A stretch of DNA of 64,000 bases, taken from positions 186,001-250,000 of the forward strand of contig JAYWIR010000065.1 of the NCBI GenBank assembly GCA_036172245.1. Direction: 5' to 3'. Positions 1 through 13,982 of this stretch are shown in pieces; the first letter of the stretch is position 1; each line of letters opens with the position of its first letter. A program made the position numbers and the translations under genes. The DNA is from Raillietiella orientalis (Eukaryota). The notes under the pieces were generated by a model. That model did no database searches. It was not told the DNA's origin and saw only the letters and a program-made list of their open reading frames with translations.

Positions 1-2119
1 TGTCATTGTCGATTCGAGAGCAGCTTCAAATATGCCTAAAACCTCCATAGACATTTCTTTTTTCTTTTAGTCTCTAGAAAATTCAGATTTCGGTGCAATG
101 GCTTATTATTAGAGGAAAAGCTTCACAACTTCAACCGGACATTCTATGCATTGGAAAAAACAGGCTGTAGAACTAGGGATATTAGTCCAGGAATCTTTGA
201 GGCGATTCTTAAATTGTTTCAACATTTTGCCAATTGGTATCGCTAAGGGTTAGCTTTTCTTTGTGATTCAAATAAAACTTTACTGTTTCTGATGTCATGA
301 ATACATAGTGAATTTCGATCCTAATTACCTGTCCTCAAGAAAGATAGTTAAGTGCAGAGAAACGCAGGAGCTTCTCTCCTGCAGCATCTTGTTGAAAAGA
401 ATGCGTAGTGATGTATGATGATAAAATAACAAACCTATTAAATTTTGCCAGTTTGGTGCAATGAGATTGAATGCAGGCATCCTCCACTTTATCCTTCGTC
501 TTCATTCTGCTACAAATCGGCCATTTTATGCTCATTCGGATGTGAGCGTGAGCCACTAGAAAGAAATGTGGCTTGCTTTTTCCGTCCTCTGGCAAAAAAT
601 CTTGATTTGAGAGATACAGTGGAATAAAATGTAACTGAGAAAAAATCCAATTTCGTTCCATGCTAGTGAGCAATGCATTGGTACACATCTTTCATAGATG
701 GTAACAACATCCAATTAAGGGAAAACCTCTTAATTTTTCGAGGGAAGTAGATCATCTCTGGAATAGCTATTACGAGCACTCATCAACCACGGTCTTCTAG
801 GGGACCCGCAAGCTGGTGCTGCAAATATGAGAGTTCTTCCTCGCCGTCAGGAGCAGAAGGTGGAATTTCAAGCAGTCTCGTGGAAGCCTCCGAATGATCG
901 AACTGATCGAGTTGCTCTAATCAAATTACAGGTTTGTTGCTAGATTTTCATACTATGCAAGTCGCGAAATTCATCGGCTGACAAGAAGGGTTCGCCACTA
1001 ATTCCCACCGCTTTTCTAGTTCATCCCCTCTATCGGAAGAGGCGATCGTCCATGAGAGGTTCCTGAGTCACAGATGATGTCCCGAAAGATGGTTTCAAAA
1101 GATGCTTCAGGAGTGCTGGATGGTGGAACATACCATCTCCTTCCTGATCTATTTCGCGTGGTGCAGCAGGCTTCTTAGGATCCTGCAATTCCCTATCGAT
1201 CTTAGGATTCCAAGGATCCTATAATAGTGCTTTTTTTCCAAAGAAACCCCCCCCTCCACTCGTTTAGATGAAGTTCTTTTCATGGGATGTATCTTTTGAT
1301 CACGAACAGGGAAAACAGCGGCACTAAGAGAGAATACGACAGCCTGCTTCGTACAGGACGTCATCATGCCTCCGGTTAAGTCTCGCCGTATCAGTTCCTG
1401 GCTTTGCTGCGAGTTGAGAAGCTCAATTGGTCATTGGACAGTACTCACAAGAAGAAATCTCCGAGTTGCATTCTTTTGAAAGAAACAGACGATCTAAAGA
1501 TATATTCTGTATCTCCAGTTTACAGAATTGCGGAGACCATACGGAAATGCAATCAGCAGAGCAGCAACTATAGAAGACTTGACTGTGAAGGAAAAGATTT
1601 TTGAAAGTGATGAACACTTCTCATCCTCTCTGGTGGGTACCTTCTCTCGTTATTTGATGATGACAACCAAATGTAATTTAATGGAAGCAAAAGATTTCTA
1701 AGAGATCTATGCTTATTCGTGTGAGTATTCTGAGCTCGGTTCTGTGAGACTTGCTGCAAGTTACTCGTTTCATAAAAGATCTAGAGTCAGTAGAGGGCAA
1801 CTTTTACAACATGCTTTCGAGTCCCTTTGTGTGGTATGAAAGACTTCGAAATCGGAAGCAACCTCCACGCTATGAGGCCCACTCCCTTGAATCTAGTTTC
1901 ATTTCAGGGTGAACAATTCAAGGTGACTGCCCGTTATACGAAGGATTTTGTCACTGTATAAAATATTAAGTTTTAGGGAGATCTGCAAGTTTGATAACAT
2001 ATTCAAGAAACGTACTTCAGTTCGTGTACTTGTTCAGTGAAGTTTTTTTGTTTCGAGATATCAAATGTACTTCCCCAAATCTGCATAAATAACACCTTGC
2101 TCGAACGTGAAACATTAGT

Positions 2120-2348
2120 GATGGAAGAAATGAAGACAGAAATATGTAGGATGAGATTTTATTCGGGTTCAGAATTCTTCTTCATAAAAGTAAATAGGAA
2201 AACTTTGTGCTTAATTTGCCGTCAACATGTTGCAGCGGCGAAAAATGTAACGCGGAGAGGCATATTACCAGAAAGAAGTCTGCTATTGAAGCTCGAAGTA
2301 AAAACGTGTGAAATATCAAACAAACCGTGGAACCACAGAAACACTTAA
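2120..2348 (+). mobile_element. hAT (SPIN/GTF2IRD2-like) transposase N-terminal zinc-finger remnant
   Basis: EFFFIKVNRKTLCLICRQHVAAAKNVTR resembles YFFxExxGKxxCLICxxxVAVxKEYNxxRH. Confidence 0.55.
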
Positions 2349-2697
2349 TAACAAAACCTCAGGAGAAAAATCACAGCAGCATGCATGCAATTAGCTGATA
2401 AATATCTTAAACCATCTGGGAAAGTTCAACAGCACTTAATATCTTGATCTGGACAGGGTTAGTTTGCTCAAAAGTGTTCGTTTGTCCCCCAGAACTTATC
2501 TGAAAGAACTGGCGGGATAGGAACTAATCTGATGAACCCTACTTGGGAAGTGCAAAATTTCGTCTCTGACACTTAGCGAGACAGCTGATATCGGAAATAT
2601 AGGTCAATGGTCGGCTGTTATTGGAGAAGTGGACAAGGAAACAAATGTTTTCGAGGGTTTGCTCTTGAAAATTCCGATTCGAAACAGCACCAGAGGC

Positions 2698-3726
2698 AGT
2701 ATCATGATCAGAGAGAGAAAGAGGAAATAAGAACGCACCTTTAAGTATCACAACTCTTTGGTGTAGTGTGTTTCTTTGTTTGAGAAACCATTTGATTGAG
2801 GAACAAGAGCCTGAGTGCCTTGAATTGGCAGCTGAGTTGTCATGACTCGTGTGTTACGTGTCATTCCTGAACTCTGTTCCTTTTTATCGATTGGAATCAC
2901 AGATTCACAGATGGAAATCATTCTTGTTCGTTCCAGGGATGCTACAGAACGAGGAAAAAATTGGAACACTCGTGCTTACATGATAAATCAAGCAACCCAT
3001 CTCGTGCAGAAGACAACAAGAACTGAAAGTCCGCTCAATCAATACAGAAAAGATGTGTTGATTTCTCTCCTCTGCACCGGTTCATTCGAAAACCAGGAAT
3101 TCTGAAATGATGCGAAAATAAATAAACCGATAAGTGCCAAGAGATCCCCGAGATCGGGCAAACTGGATCGGATGGTCAAAAGTATAACTTGGAAGAACGG
3201 AACAGGCTGCCACAGCATTTGCTTGATTCTTCCGTCAGCAGCGTTCCACTCGCCATCGTCCTGCGGACACCATTTAGCGATCTCTGACTCCTCGGGGATA
3301 AATCCTTCATCCTAGGACTTTTTTTTCGGAACCCCTGGCTTTTTTTTCTCGTTGTCGCCACAAACCTTGATCCATTGAAACGACCTTTGGCTGAAATCAG
3401 TGATAGAGACCATACTTTGACTGAACCAAAGGAAGATTATTATGAACAGATTGTGGGTAACCTAACCGACGTCTAGAAGAACTGTGGCCATTAACATGCT
3501 TCTCCATCGGCATGAATAATCCGGAATGAGCTTGACTAAAGGGAGCATGATCAGAGTCTGGGTTCAGAGTTGGAGAAAATCATTTCCTGCAAATGGATTC
3601 TTGAATAATTAAGCCAGCATATGATGTTCTGGGTTCTCCACGTGGTATAAAAATGCTTCTATGCTCCTAGTATATATATTTGAGTTTACGGACCACTAAA
3701 TGGAATCCATCATAGTTTCCGTCTCC
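2698..3726. repeat. Left arm of a ~1.03 kb inverted repeat
   Basis: Reverse complement of 7382-8410 (position x maps to 11108-x). Three ORF-track peptides are identical on opposite strands. Confidence 0.97.
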
Positions 3727-6236
3727 CAAAGGCGATGTAAGGTTTGCATAGCTTCTATGTAATATCAACACATCTTAGATATACCTCAGTTCTTGAGCGA
3801 TGTTCGATCAAGGGCAGTGACTAAAGTTGACTCTATTTGATGAAGTGTTCTCTAGAATGCGTTAAGAAAAAAATTTCTTTCTATCAAAGCTCCAGGAGGT
3901 ATTGACTAACTACTTTTGAATACGTTTGACTACTGCTGACTAGCAGAAAAAGACCATATGTTCTTGTCATGAGGTATGGTATTCTTTGTAAACAAGTTTT
4001 TGTAATGAAACCTTTGATGTGATTTCTGTCATTTTCTATGATTTCTGTTATAATGAGAGCCTTATTCTTTAAACTTTCTTGGAAGGACAGAATTTCATTA
4101 GCACGACTTCGACATCCGAAATCCGTTCATACTTTCCTAAGACAAGGTAAAGTACCAGTCCTTATATTGGATGCTGTATCATTCGGAATCTCCTGATCAC
4201 CTCTGCAGACGACTCAGCTGATTATTTCTTTCGATGCATGGATACTACTTCACTCAATACCTCCAGTTTGAAAATAAAAAATGTTGAAAATTTCGGCAAA
4301 GAACTGTCATGATTGAAACTTCACTCACTGCGAGCTATTTCGCACCGCACTCGTTCTGCATTTTTCTGAAAAAAAAAAAAAAAGAACCTCCGACGTTTTC
4401 TGACACCTCCAAAGATTTCAAAGCATTTCGGCAGAGCAATTTTGTACTCAATGGGCACCGAGTTTCCGATAATTTCGTAGTGAATGAATGCTGCTTCTAG
4501 TGGGTTTCCGGAAAGGATGCCCCTCCGTGTTGATGATATCTTCGAGGCCACCAAGAACCTCTCAAACAAGACTAAGTACTGCTGATTCACATCAGTCTAC
4601 AAAGAAAAAGTGCATGCATTCCTAAGGGAAAGATTAAAGAGTATTTCTAGAATATATTTGCGAAAAACGTTTTTCTTCTCCGTAAGACTTCTCTCATAAG
4701 GAAACAAGCTGTAAAAGCTCCCAAGAGATGATGCCTTCTTGGTTTGAGGAAGACAAACCAGACTACAAAGAAATAATCGATACAAAGAAAACTGTTGCAT
4801 CACAAAGACCAAAGAGAGAATTCTGATTCCTCTTTCTTTCTCTGCCTGGCTACTTATTTTCCTACCTACGCTGAACTCTGAGACACTATGAAAAGGATTT
4901 ACGATTTACACCTTCCTTGTGGTAGGAACCTGCCAAGAAACACTTTGGACCTTCTCGAGAGCGGCTTATAAAAGATCCTTGTTTAGTGCCCTGCGCACAA
5001 CAGTTTGTATCACCAACAGAAGCATTCGGTCTTCGATCACAAAGAGTGTTGATTACTTCATTTCTCTGTAATGTTGTACTCGATCATGGAATTACAAACC
5101 ATATTGTATCCTCTCCCATTTCCTACTCTTACCAAGGACAGGAAGAAGGAGATAAGTTCACAAGTAGCTAGGCTGCTAACTCTTCACCCGGATAAAGGCA
5201 TCCCTTGCAGGCCTCCAAAGTATTCTGTCCTCTGCTTTAATACGTCTAAGGTAGCTCTGAGAGAGGGAGCGGATGACCGTCTTGTCGAAACGGAGCTCAT
5301 GTCCATTACCGAAATGTGTGGCAGGTGGCAAACCATTTAAGAAATGTCCTGTGGATCGCAATTTTGGACGCAGAGTGCCAATTGCTTCACTTATAATTTA
5401 TATTGAAAGTTTTTTTCCTTGCGTTTTTTTTTTTTATTTTAACCGAATTCTTTATTTGCATGTTTAGAGATTTGGTAAATACTGTGATTCACAATTTGTC
5501 TTTGTCAAATAAAATGAATATATTATTTCTATTCAGGTTGAAAAAAGTTAAATTTTTTATGGTTGCACAAATATTCAATGGAGCAGTAAAACAATTTAAA
5601 TGTATTCTATATTCATCATGTTTATGCCTTTGCTCTTCCTTCTTGTGATGCACATGCCTCTGGAACCGATGCAGCAAAATCATGTAAAGCCTTATTTTTT
5701 ATGAGTTGATTGTCTATAGCTGGCTGGAAACGCATCTTAATGAGATTTCTGCACTTGCTCCTCTCGTTTACATCAGGCTGGATCTGGAATGATTTTGGAT
5801 GGGCAGTGCGGGGTCGGTTGTGAGGTATTTCGTTTGTGAGTCTGTTCCTGTTTTTGCATTTTGCAAGGCTCATTTTAGAGCAAAATACTGAGGGCTTGAT
5901 GTTTTCAGTGCGAGCACAGAACACACATCTTTAAGTGATCTCGCTTTGTAGAGATGGGGTCACAGGCCTTGTAAAATTCCGTTGGTAAAAGTGACGTGAA
6001 TGTAATCCAAAGTGAATCCTCAGCCTGTAAACCGAATCAGTGCAAGCGGGAAATTCGAGGGAACAATCTCTGGTTGCGCCCAGAACGGGGTAGAAAACAA
6101 CTGCAGTTCCATCTAAACTTTTGTAAATACTGCGAACCGAATTTCCATTCTTCCCTAAGTTTTTGGCCCTCCCTCCTATATAGTAGATGCCGGATCCAAT
6201 CAATGACTGCAGTGGGACGAAAGATGCTACCCCAGG

Positions 6237-7120
6237 TTTTTCTCATTCCAACTTGCGGTGGCATGAGCTTATTTGCAACATTCATTCATCATACAAGTGT
6301 TCTGTGAAGTCACTGGTTTTCAGTTTTCACTTTGAGGGTTACTCTTCGGTCATCGAGTCACTGAGTCTGCGTGGGGATTTCACTTACTTGACAAGGTTCC
6401 TGAATCCTTTGCAGGATGTAACAGTAGGTCCAAGTGGGAGTCCGTCCACAATTCCTGATCTCAATTTCCCTTTTCACTAATCCTTTCAGGTTTTCCACTT
6501 CTGGCACCCTGGTTATTCCGCTCCGCATTTTTTCTCTTCTCACCACGATGCTTGTCATAAAGAGGGTGATGGTGATGCAGACCAATGGGTTGTATCGAGG
6601 AACGTTGCCGTTCCCTTCAAACATCCCTGCCAGGATCTCTATCTTGTCCATCCTCTGCAAGCCTGTCGCCTCCTTCAGCTTGGCTCAGTCCTGGCGCAGC
6701 ATCGGGCAGGCGAGCACGTGGAGTTGGGTTTCCCTGGCTCCAGAGGCCTTGCACATCTCGTCCTGCGCGTTCCCTGACCAGTGTCTCGTCCTCGTGCCGC
6801 TCAGGATGCCTCCGTGACGAAACATCAGGAGATCATCTTGAGTGTCGGGTGGTAAATCTCTCGTCCAGACTCGCCCGTGGTTCCAACCGCCAGCAGGTTC
6901 ACCTGTCGGCACCTGTAGCGGCTGGCGGCCACAGACAGAGCATCGTCCTCGTCTGGATTCTTCTTCTCTGTTTCTCGGATGTTTCCTCTGGTGATCAGGA
7001 GCCAGCAGTTGGATTTCTGATTTGTCCAGAGCTCTCGATATTTGTGGCTAAATCTTCCCATCATCATCTTGGTGAGGCAGAACAGTGCCATTTTCTGGCG
7101 GTCGCCTCTGGTTGCCCGAC
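6237..7120 (-). mobile_element. Diverged 5'-truncated 3' fragment of the same L1/Tx1 family
   Basis: MMMGRFSHKYRELW, DLPPDTQDDLLMFRHGGILSG, LHVLACP and LKGLVKREIEIRNCGR match the 42 kb and 61 kb copies. Ends in AATAAG - hairpin - AAAAA. No TSD found. Confidence 0.85.
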
Positions 7121-7381
7121 TGAATCTTCCAGAGGAAAGGATTCATTCGAGGAAGGGACTCTAGTATTATTCAAACTTAACTTGCTATAAGAAAAACTTG
7201 TGGTGTTGGGAAAACAACGGTATAGTAGCATTACTAAAAGAGGAATGGAAGTCTAGAGGCGAAATCAAAAATGTGCAGTGCTCTACCACTGAATTGAGAA
7301 CATTTCAATGTTTCACCCTTAATTCAGTGATCAGTGTAGTAACTAAACACGTAAATTTCATTAGAAACTGTGCTCCTAACT

Positions 7382-8410
7382 GGAGACGGAAAATATGATG
7401 GATTCTACTTAGTGGTACGTAAACTCAAATATATATACTAGGAGCATAGAAGCATTTTTATACCACGTGGAGAACCCAGAACATCATATGCTGGCTTAAT
7501 TATTCAAGAATCCATTTGCAGGAAATGATTTTCTCGAACTCTGAACCCAGACTCTGATCATGCTCCCTTCAGTCAAGCTCATTCCGGATTATTCATGCCG
7601 ATGGAGAAGCATGTTAATGGCCACAGTTCTTCTAGACGTCGGTTAGGTTACCCACAATCTGTTCATAATAATCTTCCTTTGGTTCAGTCAAAGTATGGTC
7701 TCTATCACTGATTTCAGCCAAAGGTCGTTTCAATGGATCAAGGTTTGTGGCGACAACGAGAAAAAAAAGCCAGGGGTTCCGAAAAAAAAGTCCTAGGATG
7801 AAGGATTTATCCCCGAGGAGTCAGAGATCGCTAAATGGTGTCCGCAGGACGATGGCGAGTGGAACGCTGCTGACGGAAGAATCAAGCAAATGCTGTGGCA
7901 GCCTGTTCCGTTCTTCCAAGTTATACTTTTGACCATCCGATCCAGTTTGCCCGATCTCGGGGATCTCTTGGCACTTATCGGTTTATTTATTTTCGCATCA
8001 TTTCAGAATTCCTGGTTTTCGAATGAACCGGTGCAGAGGAGAGAAATCAACACATCTTTTCTGTATTGATTGAGCGGACTTTCAGTTCTTGTTGTCTTCT
8101 GCACGAGATGGGTTGCTTGATTTATCATGTAAGCACGAGTGTTCCAATTTTTTCCTCGTTCTGTAGCATCCCTGGAACGAACAAGAATGATTTCCATCTG
8201 TGAATCTGTGATTCCAATCGATAAAAAGGAACAGAGTTCAGGAATGACACGTAACACACGAGTCATGACAACTCAGCTGCCAATTCAAGGCACTCAGGCT
8301 CTTGTTCCTCAATCAAATGGTTTCTCAAACAAAGAAACACACTACACCAAAGAGTTGTGATACTTAAAGGTGCGTTCTTATTTCCTCTTTCTCTCTCTAA
8401 TCATAATACT
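7382..8410. repeat. Right arm of a ~1.03 kb inverted repeat
   Basis: Reverse complement of 2698-3726; the few mismatches I saw lie towards the ends. Confidence 0.97.
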
Positions 8411-11400
8411 TCCTTGGCCTTCACGACCAGGAAGACTGCTTCCCCACATTCCGGGCAGAAACCGAGCTAATTCGCTCAAACAGGAAAACTTAATGAATCA
8501 CAGTGTACCTGTTACAAACACAGCGTATTTTAATCATAAGGAAATCCTTTGCATTTTCAGAGAAGGAAAGCTCCAGTCGTGCTGTACAGCAGCGGTTTAA
8601 AAGTAGTGGAATTATTGAAAACGGAGATTCAATCTTAAAGGGATGACTGTATTCTGAAGGTCTGAGATTGGAGGTTACATGAGCTTCAGAATAACTTCAA
8701 AAGCGTTGCTCTCGTAAGCTGTTTTCAGAAACGTCCTTGAATTCCCGTAGACAAATAATTGGAGGATACGCAAAAATATTTCATAAAGGTGAATGGATTA
8801 CGGCGGCTATCCAAAGTATTTCCGGTTTCTACTTCATTTCGTTTGAACGTTTGTTCACCTCTTTTGCTTTCAATTCAAAGCCAGATTGCGAAATCGGACT
8901 TGCAACTGAAAGCTCACCTCCGAGTTTCCAGAGGATGAAGAAGCCCATTTTCAAATCATGGACACAGTTTCTAAAGGAAACAAAAAACGGCGCGAGGATG
9001 CAGAAGAGGTCCGCAACCATAAATCTGCAGAATGCTCAGGAGGATCTCACTTGTGTACACTCAAGAAGCGAAGGAGAAAACCCTGCATTCAGCTGAAAGA
9101 AAAATGCTATCTGCTGTATTCTACTGTGAAGTCTGCTCAAGTGCCGCTTGCTGCAAAAGGCAAATCATAGTAAGAGGTAGAGTGGAACCCTGAAAGCATT
9201 TGCGAGGATGTGATGTGTCTAATGGAAGGCTGTTGAGTTCAGCTTATTATGCTGTTACGATTATTAAGCACCTAATAATCAGATGTCCACATTTCAAGGT
9301 ACTCAGTTTACGACTTCCTCAGAGTGATGCGATTTAAACCAACCGTACCTTATTTTTTCGTGAGTAATTAATGAAGAGATTTTCCTGCAAACTTTTAATT
9401 TATGCCATTAAGGAATTAATGAAATGTTTTGTTCTGAAAGAAGCAATTCATTCGCCAGTCGACTGATGCAATGAACCAGTCCAAGGGAAAACGAGATATG
9501 CAAGGGAAGACATTGATCCTCAAAACAAGCCATTAGGATTTACTGCAAATCATCTTTTAGAGACTTCCACGATGTTTTCAACGACTACTGAAGAACAATA
9601 TTCTGGAATATATTTCTTCAGTATTGCTGATATATATATTTCAGCAATTTTGATAAACAGAGAAACTATGCAAGGGACAGTCTTGTTGTCTTGGGAAAAA
9701 AAATTTTCATATGTTCTTTTATTCTCTGTGAGGGAAAGTTCTATAAAATCCACATCTCAATGCTTAAAATTGGTTGGTTTTCAAATACTAAGAACTGATT
9801 CCGCATATTGTCATTATTAAAAGTTATCCGAATACTAATAATATTTAGTTTTCACTGCATTTCTTTCCTACATAACTATCTAAACCATCCCAATCATCAT
9901 AAGCATATGTAGTTAGTATTACACGCGATAGAAGAATGGAACTCAGTTCATAGCTCTTGGACATCAGTCCGTGATAACACTGGGCGGCTTCCGAGTGGTG
10001 TACAGCAAATACGACATGTTCCAGCTCTAATACACAAGCGACGTAGGTTTCTCTTTGCAACAGACTGTTTTGAGATTATTTGGCATGGAAATCCTCATCT
10101 CGATATGTAACTCCCTAGCAATTCACCCGAAATACTTGCGCTGAGTTCTCGAGTTTCTTCTTTGTGACTCGAAACTGTTCGATGTCTGTTTTATGACTCA
10201 TGACGTCACGCAGACTCCAAACTTTACTGCATCTTGCTAGCATCAAGCAACACGTCAAAACTCAACCGGCTAACCATAAGCTAAATGAGAGAGGATCTGG
10301 GATTTGTAACTTGGACAAAAGCTAAGGTATGGCTGTACTGAAAGCTGTACTGAAAGAGCAGTATGGGGCCCCGGAAGACTTGTAGAAATTCACTTTATGC
10401 CGATGCTCTATTTTTGAGCCAGAGGAAAAAAGGAAGAGAAAATTCTATAGCCAAACTCAAGTGTCTGACACGTGGAAATAGTGAAAATCCAATAAGAGAA
10501 GTTTGTGGATCAGTTTGGGACATTCGAAATTTACGTGTGGCTTTGGTTGGTTAAATTTTTTTTTTAAAGGAAGAATGATGATGTACGTTTTCGAAAGGGA
10601 TGGATTATCCTTTGAAGAAGCGAAAGTTTACTTGTGATTCAGTTCGCTTTCTGGTTTTCGACCTGTTGGAAATTTTCTGAGCCTCGGAGGCAGATAGTGG
10701 CTTTTGTTGCATGAGTAGTCAAACTCTTGAGCACATTTTAAAACCCAAAGTTCATAGGCAACAAAATGACCAACGAAGAGCTGTGAACTTAGGAGCCGAA
10801 AAAAAACTTTTTTGGTGCAGAAAATCAAAGAAAATCTCATATTTACAATGTTCAGGAACTTGCAACTTTGATTATGCAACCAATAAAAGAACGAAAGTCG
10901 AAAGGAGCGATTTTTCTTTTCCTTTTTTTTATAGAAAAAACGCAGAATTAGGATCACATTTTGGATAAGTAAGCAGACCCGGTTCCTTCTAGTTGAAAAC
11001 TCGAATTTGGGGTAATTGGCAAACCTGTGACGTTGAAACACAATTTTTTACCTGCAAACATAGTGTCAGTTCCTCAGTCGCTGAAGCAAGCTTTGGGCCC
11101 TTCGCCTTTTTAATAGAAATGTAATGGGCAAAGTACCACTACATGGGAGACATGGTTCCAGACATGTTTGAACTCTGATGTGATGCATAGGATGTTGCTC
11201 CACATCGGAATCTGAAATTTCTCGTTATATCCTCAGTGATATTGAAAAGGAAGATTACAGCTGCTAATTTCACGGTCGGAAGGTAGATGGATGCTGCAAA
11301 GAAGAATTCTCAAATTCGAATAGCTTATGGTAGAAGTAAATAAGTATATCCCTACTTTTTAGTCGTCAAATTAGTATCTCATAAGTAGAATGAAAGTCAT

Positions 11401-12099
11401 GGTAACGAGAGAGAAGGAAAAGAAAAAAATGCTGATATGGAAGTTGCACAATATCTTCAGTGCATTCAAGGCACCTCGCGCCTCATTTGTGCATATTCCC
11501 TTTGAGGAGATGGGCAAACGGAAGCGAGAATTCGAAGTAAACTCGAAGCCATGAAAGTTGCTTCCAATTTTTTACACACTCAGTGTACATGTTAAGACTG
11601 CTCACTGTTTTTATCTGATGGCTGTAACAAGCAGCATGCTCTATTGCATGCGTTACGGTCACAGTCATTCCCAGGTAGAACTGATGGCATCGAGATGACC
11701 ATGCAAGCTTGACACACGAGTTACTACTCTTTGTTGGATCTCATGGATAGAATTGAGTCGAGATATTAACTATCCACATACATATATGTAGCTTCATCCT
11801 TTACAAAAGATTGCTATCTAGAGATGTATTTCAATTAATGTATCGAATACCGTTTACACAAGACAGCATTTAGATGCAGATCTTTCTGCATACCTAAGAC
11901 GTTTTGTTTTGATGGTGTTAATGCCAAACTGTTAAGATTTCTCCCAGAACATGCTTCGTTTGGAAAGACAACTGAGAAAAACTTCATCAGGAAGACCTCG
12001 TACTTATTATGACAGCTTCTAACGAAGGTGGTTCGATCACGCCGCAGAAATTTGGCAGGGCGATATCATCTATGCAAGAATTCTGCTTGAGCACGGAGC

Positions 12100-12940
12100 A
12101 CACCGGAGTGTTTGAGAAATGTTTTCGATCATCTGAGATCGTTACACAAGTGAACATCAGGCCAACAACCACCGATAACATCGTAAAGGAAATGGAATCC
12201 TAAATGGATTCGGCCAGGAGTGGTTCTGTATAGGAGCTAACACAACACGTGTAAGGCTGCATTGATCGTCGACGTTAGAAGAATGTCTAGAAGTCGTTAG
12301 AAGTGCTATCAGAATATGACATTTCAAGGCCCAAAGTCAAAAACAGGTTTGCATTGCACTTAGAGACTGGACTACGAGTATTCTACCTTTACGCATCCCG
12401 GCGTGTGTACATGACCGTGAGGACGAAATACGACTAATGTCTGAGGCAGAAACCCTTCCCGTGAGCAATCAGATGCCGTCTCAAGTGCACCATCTACAAA
12501 AGTAGACTAATAGTTTGGGCATATGGATCTGACAAAGGAGTTCACAGTCGTTCTAAAAATGCGGAGCTCCGTCTTCAACAGGGCAGTAATAAGCTAATTC
12601 AAATAGCAGCAAAAGACTGTCTCCTACGTTGCATGACAGAACAAACCAGAGGAAGAAACAAAACCCTCTTGTCCTCGCCATCTCCGTGAATTCATTCTTT
12701 CCTTGGTTTTCAAGAGGCCGATTGTCTTAACATCTGTCAAAACCCCCTCAAAGGTCTTACTAGACTTTTCGGCTATTCGAAAGTGTTCCTCTACGACTGT
12801 TTCAAAAAAGTCCGGGGCACCATTGGACTGCCTTTAGAAGTTACGAAAGAAATCTACTTTACAATCCGGAAACAAGGTCGTAGCTTTGTTCCCTGCTCGG
12901 AAGATCATGAGATTTGTCTTAGTTCTCGTATCTAGGGAAT
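12100..12940 (+). mobile_element. Heavily decayed R2-group RT remnant
   Basis: KAQSQKQVCIALRDWTTSI resembles RT motif 3, and KKVRGTIGLPLEVTKEIYFTIRKQG resembles the post-RT thumb region of RLE elements. Many stops. Confidence 0.4.
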
Positions 12941-12989
12941 CTCCTCTGAGTGGAGGATTCCCTTTCGGAACCGTTCATTCCTAGAAGCG

Positions 12990-13500
12990 CGGTTCAGCGG
13001 AAAAGTCGTGCATCATCTGCATAGGCAGGTTCCGTTTGCTTACGTCTGTGAGAGCCAAAGTGACGACATGACCAAGGAATGGGACAGGATCCATGGTGAA
13101 ACCGAGTTCCAGAGATTGTATCTCCAGTAGTGTCGCCAATTTCATTCTCTGCATGTTCATTCAGCAGTGACAACATACGTCTGCATGAGGATATTTGAAG
13201 CAAAAGTCTGCACCTTGGAAACCAATAGAGCACGGAAAGGCCCTCTATAGGTAGAAGGGATTGAATGAACGATCCACACTTGCAACATCTTTCAGGTCTC
13301 CATTCAGCGTTGCTTGCGGTGGCCAACCTTCATGCTGCGACTGCCGATCCTAACACTGTCAACGGTGCGTTTCGAACCCAGTTCCTTGCGACTCGTTACG
13401 CTACGCATATTGTCGCACAGCATGCTATTATCCAGAATATTCAAGTTGCATTTTCTGCGAACTGCTTGATGAGGTGCAAGCCGCTGCTCCACATTAGGCC
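12990..13500 (-). mobile_element. Decayed RT fragment (RTE-like?)
   Basis: Collinear motifs DLKDVASVDRSF, TGDTISGTRF and PAYADDARLF across a frameshift. Confidence 0.45.
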
Positions 13501-13521
13501 CATCTTTTTCATCTGGTCCAC

Positions 13522-13965
13522 ATGATGGTGCCCAATACGGGTTCCAGCTATGCTATATCAGAAGCCCCCAAACCGGACCTAGTTTTAGAGAAAAGCGGCC
13601 GAGTAGGTGTGCTGGACATCGCCTGCCCTTTTGAAAACGGAAAGGAGGCGTTCACCACATTTAGGAAAATAAAGGAAGCCAAATACCAGGATGTCGCCAT
13701 GCAACTCAGAAACACTGGGAAAATAACCAAAGTGCAGGCGATTCTTGTCGGCCCACTTGGAGCATGGGATCCTGAAAACAACAACGTTCTACAATACATA
13801 GGAATTCCGAAAAAGAAGCTGATAAGGATACGGCAGCGGATGGTAGCCACCTACATCCGCTTTTCAAGCAGCATTTATGCAACGCATGTAAGAAGAAAAA
13901 ATGCAGCCCGACCAGATGATCTGGACAATGCTCTCACCCCGGAAGAGAGCACCGAGGAACCGTGA
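13522..13965 (+). mobile_element. Restriction-like endonuclease (RLE) C-terminus of an R2-group (NeSL/Utopia-like) retrotransposon
   Basis: KPDLVLEK...VLDIACPFENGKEAF...KEAKY...VQAILVGPLGAWDPEN...SSSIYATH is the PD-(D/E)xK RLE pattern. Open frame, but the upstream zinc knuckle and RT are missing. Confidence 0.85.
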
Positions 13966-13982
13966 AGAACACGGAGGAAACA

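Noticed and set aside
2748..3361. Duplicated short ORFs read as real genes
   Set aside because: They are identical only because of the inverted repeat; no recognisable domain or convincing exon chain.
4500..5340. Possible decayed RT (PLRVDDIFEATKNL; FLCNVVLD)
   Set aside because: Motif resemblance is too weak and there is no YADD equivalent.
2698..8410. Large DNA transposon with 1-kb TIRs
   Set aside because: The ends fade rather than stop sharply, there is no TSD, and the spacer has no transposase or integrase.
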